From Eledone cirrhosa (lineage: Eukaryota), in assembly GCA_964016885.1 (NCBI GenBank), contig OZ024744.1:49910001-49974000 (forward strand): 64,000 bases of DNA, read 5' to 3'. Under the pieces are notes generated by a model. The model ran no database searches. It was not told the origin of the DNA and was given only the letters and a program-made list of their open reading frames with translations. Of this stretch, positions 30,290 through 42,926 are shown piece after piece. Both the position numbers and the translations under genes were made by a program. How positions within the stretch are numbered: position 1 is the stretch's first letter; the number at the start of each line of letters is the position of its first letter.

Positions 30290-30700
30290 TTTCTAAGTGG
30301 GCAAGTTGAGAGAATCTCGGACTTTCTATTTAGTATTTTTATCTTAGATTTCAATATAGATCGGCACTCTGTAAGGCAGCTGGTATGATTGAGTGATTTT
30401 CAGAATCTTCCAATTCTTATTTTCATTCAATTTCTATGTATATCTAGCCAACAAAGTTGAGGTGATGAGTTTCTTTTTCCTATATGAGTGGCAGTGCATA
30501 TAATATCTGGACTTGAATGTATTAGATGTGGCTCCAATGTAGACCTTAGTATCAAATTGGGTAGAGATCAAGCATTGGTAAACCATATTTTTCAATAAGC
30601 ATCTACTGTTAAGGGGACAGGTAGATGGGTTTCTACAATCACACAAAATAGAAGAAAAGGAAAGTTCAACATATGGGGCATTAGCCCTTCATCAGGAGAA
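30290..30700 (-). mobile_element. Penelope-like element fragment: GIY-YIG endonuclease plus decayed hammerhead
   Basis: CDCRNPSTCPLNSRCLLKNMVYQC...VYIGATSNTFKSRY..H; CTGATGAAGGGCTAATGCCC at 30676-30695, with the GAAA lost. Confidence 0.75.
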
Positions 30701-30986
30701 GTAGAATCCCAAAAGAGGAGGTTCAGAGAGAAAAGGGTAAAAAAGGAGTAAATGCGAGTGTGAGCACTGTTTTTAATTAATCTTTGTTGTATGTGTAATG
30801 TATCTAAGACTGAGTGAGTATTTCCATGTGGTGCAGGGATGGTGCATGTGTGTTGGTGTGCACCTGGATGGGATGTGGGTGTGTGGTGTAGAAAGAAGAG
30901 AAGATTAGAGGAAGAGGGGCAATGCATTAAGCCATAGTGAATAGAGGTTGGCAAAAATAAAATGAGCTGCTGTTCCCATTGGAGGT

Positions 30987-33613
30987 TGCAGATGAGGCGG
31001 ACAAGACGCAGTTCTATGCTAATCTCCAAACAACCGTGGATGGTGTCCCCTCCAGTGATGTTCTCATTGTCGCTGGGGACTGGAATGCGGGGACGGGGCC
31101 GGCTGATGATACAACACAGCATATTCTAGGACGCTTCACCCTAGGCGTACGCTGTGACAATGGTGAATGGCTCGTGTCCTTCGCGGGTGCCAATCGTCTT
31201 ATCGTCACCAACACCCGGTTCCAACATCATCGGCGTCACCTCGTCACGTGGCGATCCAATGACGGAAGAATGGCCAATTAGATTGACTACATCCTGGTCA
31301 GATCTCGGTGGGCCAGCTCAGTGATGGACTCGCGTGCATATCGGGGAGCTGATATGGGCAGTGAGCATGGGTCAGACCATACTCTTGTTCGAGCAACCCT
31401 TTGTCTGTGGCTGCGGGTGAAACCTCCTCCCAACCACCAGAAAAGGATTGACATCGCGTGACTCAAGCTCGATGCTGGAAATGCTTTCCGGCTAGAGCTG
31501 CGAAACTGATTCCAAATGCTGAGTAACGAAGTGGAACAGCAACTGGAGCAGGAGTGGAACGCGCTCAGGGCGGCGACAGTTGAGGTGGCCAAGGAGCATC
31601 TCGGGTCGACCTAAAGATGCCATCAGGACTGGATCTCCGGTGACACTCTTGAACTCGCGGAGAGGGCGAAAGTGGCCCGCCTCGAGGGTGCACCCAATCT
31701 TCGAGATCGCCGACGTCGTACATCTCAGGGTATTTGTGCCGATCGGAATGCACACTGGCTTGAGTTTGCGGAGCAGACGGAGAGGGCAGCAGCCTGTGGT
31801 GACTCGCGCAAGCTCTACCAACTGGTGAAGCGGGCCAGCCGAAGCAGTACGGGTATCAGCGAGACGATCCGTGATCAGAACGGGCTGGTCATTACCAATC
31901 TTAATGACCGGCTAGTCAGATGGCGGGACCATTTCTCTGAACTGCTCAACCACCCGCCAACCTACGTGCAGCCTTCCGGAGAAGAATACGGGTGCAGCAC
32001 TGCTCCTCCAACGGTCAAGGAGGTACGTGGTGTCCTGACACATCTCTGGAACAACAAGGTGCCGGGCGAGGATGGCATTCCAGCTGAGGTCTACAAGGCC
32101 GAGCCTGATATCTTCGCAGCTTGGCTCCATCGAGTCTTCTCCTCGGTGTGGGCGACGGAGTGGTTCCCTCGTGACTCGAGTGAGGCAACTCTCCTACCCT
32201 TCTTCAAAAAGGGCGACAGGAAACTGTGCTCCAACTACAGGGGTATCAGTTTAATTGACGTTGCTGCCAAGACCTTCGCAATTCTTCTGATGAAGAGGTT
32301 CCAGGCCATCTTTGATGTCCGTACCCGTTCTTCTCAGGCCAGCTTCCACCTGGGGAGGGGGTGCGTTGATCAAATCTTCATTCTCCGGCATGTCCTGGCA
32401 CAACAGTGGGCACATCAACAGCCTACCATCCTCTGCTTCATCGACTTTGGAGCTGCCTTCGACTCAGTAGATTGGGAAGCCCTATGGTGTATAATGTAGG
32501 CGGACGGCATCCCAGTGAAGCTGCTTTGTCTCATACAAGGCTACTACCGGTCGACTCGGGCTCGAGTGAGAGTCTATGGTGAGGAGACGGAGTCGTTCGA
32601 TGTTGGGACCGGTGTTTGGCAGGGGTGTGCGCTACCGCCAACTCTCTTTAACTACGCCATTGACTACCCTCTCAACACAGCACTCCAGGATTACCCGGAC
32701 GTAGAGGTCGGGAGAGGGGTCATGGTGACAGACCTGTCCTACACGGATGACATCGTGCTGCTGGGCGCTAACGGGACAGATGTACAAGGTGCTCTCAAAA
32801 GGGTTCACACTGCAGCCGCCGCTGTTGGTCTACGAATCAATGCTGCCAAGTCGAAGGTCATGACGTCACTGGTCTCGCCTGATGCCTGGCAGCCAATATC
32901 TCTCGAGGGTGTGGACCTGGAGTATGTGGAGTCCTTCGTTTACCTGAGCTCAGCAGTGGTTCCAACAGGTCAGGGCGCAGCCGAGGTCAAGCGTCGCACA
33001 GGTGCTGCCAGATCCGCTTTTGGGCGCCTCCAGCAGCGTCTGTGGGACAGAAGAGAGATTGCCTCGGCGACCAAAGGGCGAATCTACCAGGCCATCATTC
33101 ACACTATCCTCCTCTATGGCTGTGAAACATGGCCTATGAGGGTAGTCGATCAACGGGGGCTGGAGGTCTTCGACAATGACTGTCTCCACCGCATTCTTCG
33201 CTGTCGACGCGTTGATCGGGTATCTACCACCAGTCTTCGCCATCACCTGAATCTTCAACCCCTTCATTCAGTTCTTCTGCAACGGCGCTTGAGATGGTTT
33301 GATCACGCAGCCCGGCGCCCTGAGGGTGAGCTAATCCGCGATGTTCTCCTCCCACCTCCACTCCCTAACTGGCGCAAGCGCGTTGGTGGGCAGTTGAAGA
33401 CCTGGGCAACGACGATCAAGGAGGACCTCTCCAAAATCTCAGGTCCGCAGGTGGTCGGCCTGCGCCGATGGAACCGTGACTGGCTCGCTATCTCCAGTGA
33501 CCTAGCCGAGGACCGTCGTGCATGGGCTGCCATGGTTTGGGATGCCGTCAGGATAAGGGAAGAAGCCGGCTCAACCAGTCCAGAGTGAATGTCGACACAA
33601 GTACAAGTAAGTA
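30987..33613 (+). mobile_element. 5'-truncated RTE LINE (APE+RT), degenerate, with 10-bp target-site duplication
   Basis: AGDWNA, SDH, NYRGISL, FIDFGAAFDSV, QGCAL, YTDD, YGCETW; (ACAAGT)-type tail; CATTGGAGGT at both 30977-30986 and 33614-33623. Confidence 0.92.
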
Positions 33614-35230
33614 CATTGGAGGTGCAAGTCCAGGGGGTGAGACCAAAGACAGTGGTGGCATGTGGAATGGCTGGCAGAACAGAAATTTCAAGAGACTGGA
33701 GACGGATTGTCCTGATACTTGGATAGTTTGCCGTCTTCGGTTTGGCGGCCAGCAAAGCCTGGGCTGGTAGCTGAACACATCAGGTTGCCACTTGAATAGG
33801 TATCACAGCATGCGGTATCCCAGATGAGAGGTCTACCACTGTACAATTGGAAGACTGTCATGCCATCCCCTCGGTCCAGCCCTATTAGCTCAAGCTGGGA
33901 AGGGAACTCTGCACCATCCAGTCTATGTTTTATGATTTTGTTGAGAGTAGCATGGCATGGGAGGCAGCCAACACTTTCACGGCATGACAGTGTGTGGAGA
34001 CCGAAAGGATTTGCAATGGTACTGCAGTGGTATTTGTGAGGCTCACAGACATGAGGGAACTATGTTGCGCCAAGCACCACTATGGATCAAGCAGACTTGC
34101 CAGATAGTGCTGGCGTTCCAGTCTGTCTGAAATCATGTTGCAAGGCAGAGGCTGGTTCCATGTCGTTTAGGCCACCTTGATCACAGAAGGTTCAGTTGTA
34201 TTGTAGAAAACCCTGCTGATGAGAACATGACACAAGGTCATCGTCAAAAGGAAAGCAGGCAGAACCAGTGAGACAGGAGACAGAAGACTGAGGTCGCCAT
34301 ATTTGACGGGTAAGGTGGCCTGCTGCCATTTGGCGTCTTCAAACTGGACGTTGCATATCTACTCAGCAGCCCTTCGAGATTTGTGAGGAGAAATGTTTGG
34401 TTGTAGCAGCGGCACCATGGCGTATAAGAGCTTCAGTATAGCGAAGCTGTTCTTCAAGAGAAAGAGTGATGGGTGATCATCAATCAGGTTCAGTCTACTT
34501 GTCATGGTTTCTAGCAGGTATAGTCTGAACTTGAGAGTAGAACAAATGGCAGGCGAGAGCATCATGTCCCGAGGATGGATATCTGCCCGAAGGTCGAGAT
34601 GTTAGCCTTGACCAGTGCCACTGTCAACAAGCTGCCTTGATCAGCACCAGAGTTGGGGAGACCAAGGACGAGTGGACCAAAATAATACAATTCCTCCCAA
34701 TCGCTGTGTCAATCAGAGACCAAGGTTTTGCAGATGGAGGCTGTAAGGGCATCAGCCACTGATACCCGGGCTGTTTTCAGGAACTTGAGGGGGATCTTCT
34801 GGAGTCGTCTAAGCCAAGCGATGTTGACTACTGAGGGATGGATATCAGATAGGCATGCTGTGTCATCTGAGGATGTGTTGGGGTGCTGCAGCTGCTGCAT
34901 CTCCACATTGGGAGTCTGTTCGAGGCTCAACGTGTCAGGCCAACACAAGAGAGGTGATAGAAACTATCACATACTGAACAGTTCCAGCCTTTCTTCTGCC
35001 TGTTGATGGAGGTGCATGTGCGGCAGGTAGCTCCCTGTGATGGTGGGGGTTGGGGCAGGCAATCAGGGATTGGAGCGCTTTTCAGAAATGTAGGTGTTGA
35101 CATGTCGTTTGAGTTGGGACACTGATTGGCATCTTGAAAGTGGATGGAGGGTGGGTTTGTGATACTGTTATGGTGACAGCTGTGGGTTGGCAAGGTTTTG
35201 ATTAGTGTAGGAATGGATGTTGTGATTGTA
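33614..35230 (-). mobile_element. Decayed, internally deleted CRE-like RLE non-LTR element (3' end continues at ~30940-30986)
   Basis: N-terminal PHD-like CSVCDSFYHLSC; LFLLKNSFAI.KLLY; WQQATLPVKYG; DGMTVF..SGRPLIWD-type RLE; GNSS-like terminal motif left of the RTE insertion. Confidence 0.6.
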
Positions 35231-36074
35231 CGTGAGCATGACTGTGAAGGAGGAGGAGGATGAGAAAGAAAGAAAGAAAGAAAGAAAAGAAAGAAAAGAA
35301 AAGAAAGAAAAAAAAAGAAAAGAAATTTATCGCACAAATTCCACCTGAGAAATACGTCAAAGACACACATATATGTGTGGAATGCACAGTTATATACATG
35401 TCAATTTCAAGGGGAGGTAAATTGCCTCCATCCTCCTAAAAAAATAAAAAAAGGAGTCTTTGAATCCTGGAAAACTCTAAGTCCGGTGTTGAAAAAAAAG
35501 GTGGATGCTTGGAGTGGGGGTGTTGACACTTCAAATTCCCTTTACACTCCCTTTGATTTGCTCCACTTTCTAAATCAAATGGTTCATTGATTGAATTATA
35601 TTCAAACGCTGTATGTGTCTCCATTGAATATATTGTTACAATGTAAGCTCTATATAATTTGAAACAAAAATTAAATGTCCTTCCTTTTACCTGTCTTTCA
35701 ATATCTGTTGATAAATATTAATAAAGAGAGCAATGATCAAACAGTAAAAACTAAAGTGTAGTTGACGTTGTAGTGTGATTGTGCTTTCTAAGTTTGTAGT
35801 TGTTTCATACTTTCTCGTTGTTGTGAACAACACTGCTTCTCATCTTGTTCCTCTGTTAACCATGATATACAAGTAGTCTTATTAATTTGCTTTTCACACC
35901 CATCTATATTTCTATTTCTCATACTATTTTCTGATGAAGAACTAATGTCCAAAATGTTAAGACACTTTTCCTTATATATCAAGTTTATCATTTCCTACTA
36001 ATATTTATTTTCATTGTACTGCATTGTTTATCCATTTCCTTTTTGCATACACATACACATACACATATATGACA

Positions 36075-36290
36075 GTCAATCGACTTTCATCAAATCGGAT
36101 CGAGCAAACAATGTTTCTGTTGGTCTTTCCAATTGCTAATACTATCTATCGGTTGCAACTCCAGGTAGAAAAAGCAATGTGAAATAAAGTGTCTTGCTCA
36201 AGGACATAACGCATCACCCGGTCCAGGAATCGAACTCACAACCTCACGATTGCGAATCCAATTCTCTAAGCATCAGCCACGTGCCTTCAC
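36075..36290 (-). mobile_element. tRNA/CORE-headed SINE variant with a different 3' end
   Basis: Same head as the main SINE; 3' part matches 57490-57595. Confidence 0.7.
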
Positions 36291-36557
36291 CTTATATATG
36301 TACATATATATATATATATAAAACCCATAGAGCAAACATTTATTATGAGTACAGATACGAAAAATAAATATTTATATATATATTCGTTTTTTTTTTTGTA
36401 TCTTTACTAGACATTCTTTCTGATTCTCCATTGTGATTCTATCTCTATTTGTACTCCTGAAGAAGGGGTGAAGCTTGACATGCCAAACTTTCTTTCTTCT
36501 TTCCAGTATAAAGCATGAAACTAACAAGACTTTTTGTACCTCTGTTTGTTGTCTCTT

Positions 36558-36610
<53 letters not shown>

Positions 36611-36632
36611 TACATACATACATATATACGTA

Positions 36633-37241
36633 TGGTGGCTGCCAACTCGTTTTCGAGTACGGCCACTACTTTATATCCATGTAGGAGAACCCCTACCGAT
36701 GCGCTGAACGAGTGTGACTTTTTAGTCCAGCCAGCGACTTGAAAACTCTGGTACAAACACTACACTTGTGACAATTACTGACACATAGTGCAGGGCCCAT
36801 GGTACCATGTGACGACAAGTGCAGAGAGATCTCCAGATATAAAGCAATGCCTGTGCCGTGAAGCTTTTATAGTGAGCAAAGGCACTGCACAAAGCCAGTC
36901 CCACTCTCTTAACCAAGATGATATTTACCAAAAAGAAGAACAAGTCAACATCATTGGATACCATCAGGGTTGCAGGTGTTATATCAGAGTTTTCCTTCTC
37001 CTAGAATTCTGCCTTGACAAAGGCTAAGGGGTCATCTCTCCCGGTGATTTTGGATGGCCATTGACTCTTAAGAGCTCCTTTGCCCTTTGACAGGTTTTGT
37101 TTTTAGTCCTGCAGGATGTCCAAAGTCACCCTCCTCACCAAGAAACCTTGGTGGGGTTGCCAGTTTAGTCGCCAACGACCCGACCATGAGACAGGTTGTA
37201 CTGGGATACATGTTACCAGTAGCACCAACTGGTGACCTGAC
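36633..37241 (-). mobile_element. Full-length ~610-bp bipartite non-autonomous RTE derivative (5' UTR + 3' end)
   Basis: Co-terminal with the copy at 62646-63251; has CTAGGAGAAGGAAAACTCTGA, a C2H2 remnant and a (TATG)n tail. Confidence 0.8.
37160..37237 (-). ncRNA. Degenerate HDV-like ribozyme fold at the element 5' end
   Basis: P1 GGTCACC/GGTCGTT (one mismatch), P2 CCAGT/ACTGG, P3 ACC/GGT around TGTCTCAT, then GG-CGA-CTAA. Confidence 0.4.
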
Positions 37242-37304
37242 ATAAACATATATACGTATATGTATACATACATATACACACATATATAAATATATAGATA
37301 GATA

Positions 37305-37590
37305 TCATCATCATCATCATCATCACCGTTTTACGTCCGTTCTTCCATGCTAGCAGGGTTAGACGGGTTGTCCTGTTGTGGGCAGTGTCTGGTCAGCTGA
37401 CCATGCCTTGCTCATACAGGAACTGATTTGGCTTGATTTCTACAGCTGGATGCCCTTCCTAACACCAACCTCATTTACAGTGAGTGCTGGGTGCTTTTTC
37501 GTGGTGCCTACAAGTCCACTTTACAGTGTGGGCTGGGTGCTTTTTTGCCGTGGCACCTCCACGACTACCTTGCAGTGGGAGGGTGTGGGG
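37305..37590 (-). mobile_element. RTE 3'-UTR/SINE-tail unit
   Basis: Matches 52745-53023. Confidence 0.75.
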
Positions 37591-37680
37591 CATATATATA
37601 TTTTCGTTTTTATGTTCTATACATATCTATCTATCTAGGGCGGGTAAAACCTATACATATATACTTATATATATATATAT

Positions 37681-38023
37681 GTGGAGGCATATGGCTTAGT
37701 GATTAGAGCATTGGCCTTGCAATCGAAAGGTTGTGAGTTCAATTCTCAGACCGAGGGATGTGTTGTTTCCTTGAGCAAGACACTTTATTTCACATTGCTC
37801 CAGTTTACTCAGCTGTAGAAATGAGATGATAGGAACTAGAGTCCCTATCATTCCACTGCAAAGTGGTCGTGTAGGCGCCACGGAAAAAAAAAAGCACCCA
37901 GCACTCACTGTAAATGAAGTTGGTGTTAGGAAGGGCATCCACCTGTAGAAATCAAGCCAGAATCAGTTCCCGTCCCACCCTTGCAAGCAGGAAAAAGCGG
38001 ACGTAAAATGATGATGATGATGA
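37681..38023 (+). mobile_element. Full CORE-type SINE with RTE tail
   Basis: tRNA head, CORE-like body, CCTTGCAAGCAGG tail and (TGA)n. Confidence 0.85.
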
Positions 38024-38141
38024 TATATATATATATATTTAATTATGTATGTATATATACAGGAAGCTGGCATGTATATATATATATGAATGGGATATGT
38101 ATATAGGAAATATATACATATAATATGCATACAGGAAGGCA

Positions 38142-38335
38142 TTAGATGGTCATTTTCGTATATACAGCATAATTCAACACTAATATACACCCATTGACAG
38201 CATAAGTTGTGATACACAATATACAGATATCCTTGAGTACGAACATGAGAATATATGCTAAATATATACACCCTGCAACAGCCAAGACAGCTGACCAATA
38301 CAGTAGAAATATTGGTATATAACCAGGAAAAAAAC
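38142..38335 (-). CDS. VKORC1: Vitamin K epoxide reductase, last coding exon (exon 3)
   Basis: Acceptor TCTTTTTCAG|GT; encodes [48 protein letters not shown]...*, colinear with human VKORC1 [27 protein letters not shown], including the CxxC and TYA motifs. Confidence 0.93.
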
Positions 38336-38877
38336 CTGAAAAAGATTTAAACAGATATATTACATTATGTATACACAATATATATTATATTCAATATACT
38401 ATACATATATATACTATACATTAAATCACTAATATATACATTAGATATGTTCTGGTACATTATTGTACACTCAGATAGACTGGGGGCCCACATATTGCTT
38501 ACCCATGTTCTAGAACTCTATTGTACACTTAAATAAACTGAGGAGGGAGGGGGCTCATCTTGTTAACACATGTTCTGGTACTCTATTGAGTGTATTTTAT
38601 TTTTATTGAGTGTATTTTATCAAGGCACCACCACTAGGGAGATAGTCATGTCATCATCATCATCATCATCCTTTAACATCCATCTTCCACACTAGCATGG
38701 GTTGGATGGGTTTGTCCCACATGAGGCAAGATTGGTTGGGTGACCATGTCTTGCTCTACAGAACTGTTTCTGGCAGGTTTTTTTACAGCTGCATGCCCTT
38801 TCTAACACCAACCACATTTACAGTGTGGACTGGGAGTCGTTTTACCATGTCATATTCATTCATTCATTCATTTCATT

Positions 38878-39157
38878 TTACGTCTGCAAGGGTGGGACGG
38901 AAACTGATTCTGGCTTGATTTCTACAGGTGGATGCCCTTCCTAACACCAACCTTATTTACAGTGAGTGCTGGGTGCTTTTTTGCCGTGGCACCTCCACAA
39001 CCACTTTGTAGTGGAATGATAGGGACCTTAGTCCTATCATCTCATTTCTACAGCTGAGTAAACTGGAGCAATGTGAAATAAAGTGTCTTACTCAAGGAAA
39101 CAACACATCAGCCGGTCTGAGAATTGAACTCACAACCTTTCGGTTGCAAGGCCAATG
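38878..39157 (-). mobile_element. CORE-type SINE in intron 2
   Basis: Same family as 19058-19383. Confidence 0.8.
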
Positions 39158-39158
39158 C

Positions 39159-39196
<38 letters not shown>

Positions 39197-40494
39197 GAAG
39201 AGATTCAGGACCCTGATGACTGAGCTCCAGCCATTTCGACAGTTAGATCCGAAATAAGCCGTCAGTATTTGAACAGCGGGGAATCTAGCTGAACTTATCA
39301 AGGGCTGTAGTCCATATGTGGGCATGCAGTCAAAGCAAACAGGCAAAATAAATCTTTAAAAGTTAGTTGTTTTTCTTGTTTTTGTGCGGGTGTGGTTAGT
39401 GATCTGGAGAGAGGGGTTAACTTAGATCAAATGGCTTGTTTAGTCCTGCTAAATGTCATGTATATAGTTTATTACCTTCTTGACAGCAGAGGGGAAACGG
39501 GTTAGTAGACAAACTGACCTGAAAGAGGCAAGCCACACGCCATATCCTAAACAACTATTTTTAATCCGTAGAAACAGTATTATGCTTAACTTCAAATCGA
39601 GAGGGGGAAAAAAAAAACAAAGAAAGAAAATATAATTTTGGCGTATGTAAGTCAAAGTAGATATCGTAGTGTATTCATATTATTGTTAGTTTGGTTTATC
39701 GTACACTTTGCTAAAAAGCTAAGCATTTATAATTTATTACTAAGTCAGCTCCTCATAAAAAATCTAGTTATCAATTACTCTATGGCCCGGGAAGAGCGCC
39801 TCAAACACTAATTACTTAATTTTTCCTTTTATTTTCAAACACCCATAAATCTACCCTTAGTCTCAAAGATAGTACTAATCATCTCCTCTAGTATTGTTGT
39901 AAATTAGCTAAGGTGCTGTAGCAAAGTAAATTCCCCCAAAACCTGAAAGTATCAATTTAATATGCATGTCAAAGCTATCACCAAACATTAGCAAAAGGAA
40001 ATGATATTGAAGATTAGCTAATAGGTTTCTTTAAGAAGTCTGACACTATAGTTAGTGATGGTCTTTAAGTACTGACATAATATAAGTTTATATGCCAGTA
40101 CATGTTAACTCAGTGTACTGTGCCCTCCATAGCGGCGGTCTGGTAATGCCTACAGTAAGTTTGTGCATCGTGTTTAAACTATGATTAATAGGTCTAGTAA
40201 AGTTTCATAGCTATCTGTTTGGCTGGTTCCATAGGGCAATATTTATATTTTAGCAAGAATGAAAATATTCCTTATTTACCTAAAGAAGATTAGGAACTGT
40301 TTACAATAGTGTAAATATACAAAGAGCTACCTAAGGATATTACCCACTCTACTACCCCAAGTATTGAGTACTCAGGTGGGTCCACCTGGTATTTTACCGC
40401 ACCATATGTGATATATATATATACACAAAGTAAAATACATACACTACATATATACATACACACACACATATACATATATACAAAAATAACTTAC

Positions 40495-40604
40495 TTAAAA
40501 TAATTTGTCCTGCATAAAATAGTATTCCATAGTAACAATTCCGTACATTCATAAAATGTTCATTACCCACCAAAATCCCCACGATTCCAAAACCACGTCC
40601 ATAT
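40495..40604 (-). CDS. VKORC1: Vitamin K epoxide reductase, internal exon 2 (110 bp)
   Basis: TTATCTTTCAG| ... |GTAAGT; encodes YGRGFGIVGILVGNEHFMNVRNCYYGILFYAGQIIL (human [36 protein letters not shown]); splices in frame to exon 3 (A|GT=Ser). Confidence 0.93.
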
Positions 40605-41019
40605 CTGAAAGATAAACATAATCATCATCATTTAATGTCTGTTTTCCCTGCAAGCAAGAGTCCTCTTGATCTATGTTTGGTAAGTTTTCTTCTAGTTGAA
40701 TACCTTTCCTATTACCAACCACTTTACAGAGTGCACTGGGTGCATTTTGTGGCAGCAACTCTACAGAGGTTTCCAGTGATATATTTGAAAGAAGAGCCCC
40801 TTCTACCTTATGCATGCATATGATATTTGAAAAAAGAGTGTCCCAACAGAAATGACCATAAAGTTGTTGATGATGGTGGAATGCACATCCTCATTTTCCC
40901 AATGCTTTCTCAGTCAACTGCTTTGTGTGTTTAAGTGTGTATATATCATATGTATATATAGTGATGTAAATATATGGTCATGGAATGTACATATCACATG
41001 GATATGTATATATGTACAT

Positions 41020-42905
41020 ATCATCATCATCATCAACATCATTTTACATCCGCTTTTCCCTGCTTGCAAGGGTGGGACGGGTCCTATTCAGCACAGCATC
41101 TCTCCACTTCGTCATCTCCTCCGTGAACTTCACCAATCTGAGGTCTGTTCTCACCACCTCCGCCCATGTTTTTTGTGGTCTTCCTTCTGCTGGGATTCTT
41201 TAACCAGCAGTCATCCTCCTCCATGCGCATCACATGTCCATACCATCGCAGTCTTCTCTCCCGCACACTACAACTTATCCCTCTTATATACAGTTTCTCT
41301 CTCAACTCACCTATGCTTGGTCGTTCACACACATTGACATTGCACATCCAATGGAGCATGCTTGCTTCATTTCTCTCCAGCCGTCACATATTCTCTGCAG
41401 TTATTGCCCATGTCTCACTACCATGCAACATCGCGCATCTCACACATGCATCATATAACCGCCCTTTCTTATGCAGGGAGAAACCTTTCTTTCTCAACAG
41501 AGGAAACAGCTCTCTAAACTTCTTCCTACCTGTCCTTATTCTACATTCTATGGCCTCAGAACCCCCCCCCCCCCTCCCATGCTAATCTGATCACCTAGAT
41601 ACCGGAAGCTATCAACGACTTCTATAGAACCTACCTGCATTTGAAAAATGTGTCTATCACTGCGACTTCTACTGTCAAATTTCCCTGTACATCTACTGCA
41701 TACGTAGTTTTCCCTACCTGTTACTTTGCCTGCTATCCCACTACCTCTCTGCATCGTGTACATTTTATAGAGTTTATACCAGCTCCTTTTCTACATATCG
41801 AACATGGCCAGTTCCCTGGTGGAATCAGAGTTTTGCCCTCTTTTCTACTTATCAACACTTTCATCTTAGCTATGTTTACTCTCAGTCCTCTTGATTCCAA
41901 CTGCTGTTTCTATAGGCAGAATTTCTTCTCTAGCTCCTATACAGATTTTGATATAAGAACCAGATCATCAGCATAGAGAAGTTCCCATGGGCAGCCAGTC
42001 TTAAACTCCTCTGGTATAGCTTGCAGGACTATAATGAAAAAGAGCGGGCTGAGGACCGAACCCTGATTTACTCCTACTTGTATCTGGAATTCCTCACTAA
42101 ACTCCATTCCTACCATCACTTTCCTGACAGCACCTCTGTACATAGCTTGCACTGTCCTCATAAGCCATTCCTCTACACCTAGTTTCCTTAGGGACCTCCA
42201 GATGACAGATTGGGGTACCCTATCAAAGGCCTTCTCTAGGTCAACAAAAGCTAAGTATAGTGGCTTACTCTTCTCTAAGAACCTCTCTTGTAGTAGTCTC
42301 ACTAAGAACAGGGCATCTGTTGTACAGGCATCTGTTGTTCCCAGGCACCAAACCAAAATGCATCTCATCTAATTTGACTCTTTCTCTAATTAGTTGCACT
42401 AATACTGCCACTTCATAACCTGATCGATCAGTTTTATACCCCTATAATTGGGCATCTCCAGAGCATCCCCTTTACCTTTGTAGCAATTTATGAGAATACT
42501 GCTGCACCAGTCTTTGGGTATGACACCACCATATATAGCTTGATAGATGATGCGTGCAACCAGTTTAGTGCCTACTTCTCCCAATGCCTTCAGCATCTCA
42601 GCAACTATCCCTATTCATTACCTTAATTGTCTCTTGGACCCTATATTCATCAATCTCAATAGCTGGTCCCTCTGTTGGGTCTACTGGGGGTAGTTTCTCT
42701 CTCTCTCTCCCATTCGTTCTCCACATTCATCAGTCTCTCATAATGACATTTCCAAACCTCCTTTTTCTGATCATTTGTGACACTAAGTACACCGGCATCA
42801 TTTCAGACACATTTATCTCCAACAACATCCTGATTTACACTAACAGACTGCTTTGCAATGCGGAACACAGCATGTCTCTGAACTTCCCGTCGCGGAACAT
42901 TGGCA
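41020..42905 (-). mobile_element. Decayed PHD-type RTE LINE
   Basis: [51 protein letters not shown]; stem-loop/(TGA)n tail at 41020-41080. Confidence 0.88.
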
Positions 42906-42926
42906 AACCAATGTATATATATATAT

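Noticed and set aside
35788-35991. 67-aa ORF as a possible host exon
   Set aside because: No recognisable homology or convincing splice partner.
36453-36535. CTGAAGA...GAAAC hammerhead-like spacing
   Set aside because: Stems I and III and the cleavage triplet cannot be formed convincingly; at best a decayed remnant.
37683-37755. tRNA gene
   Set aside because: A and B boxes are present but there is no full cloverleaf; it is the head of a SINE, as in the other copies.
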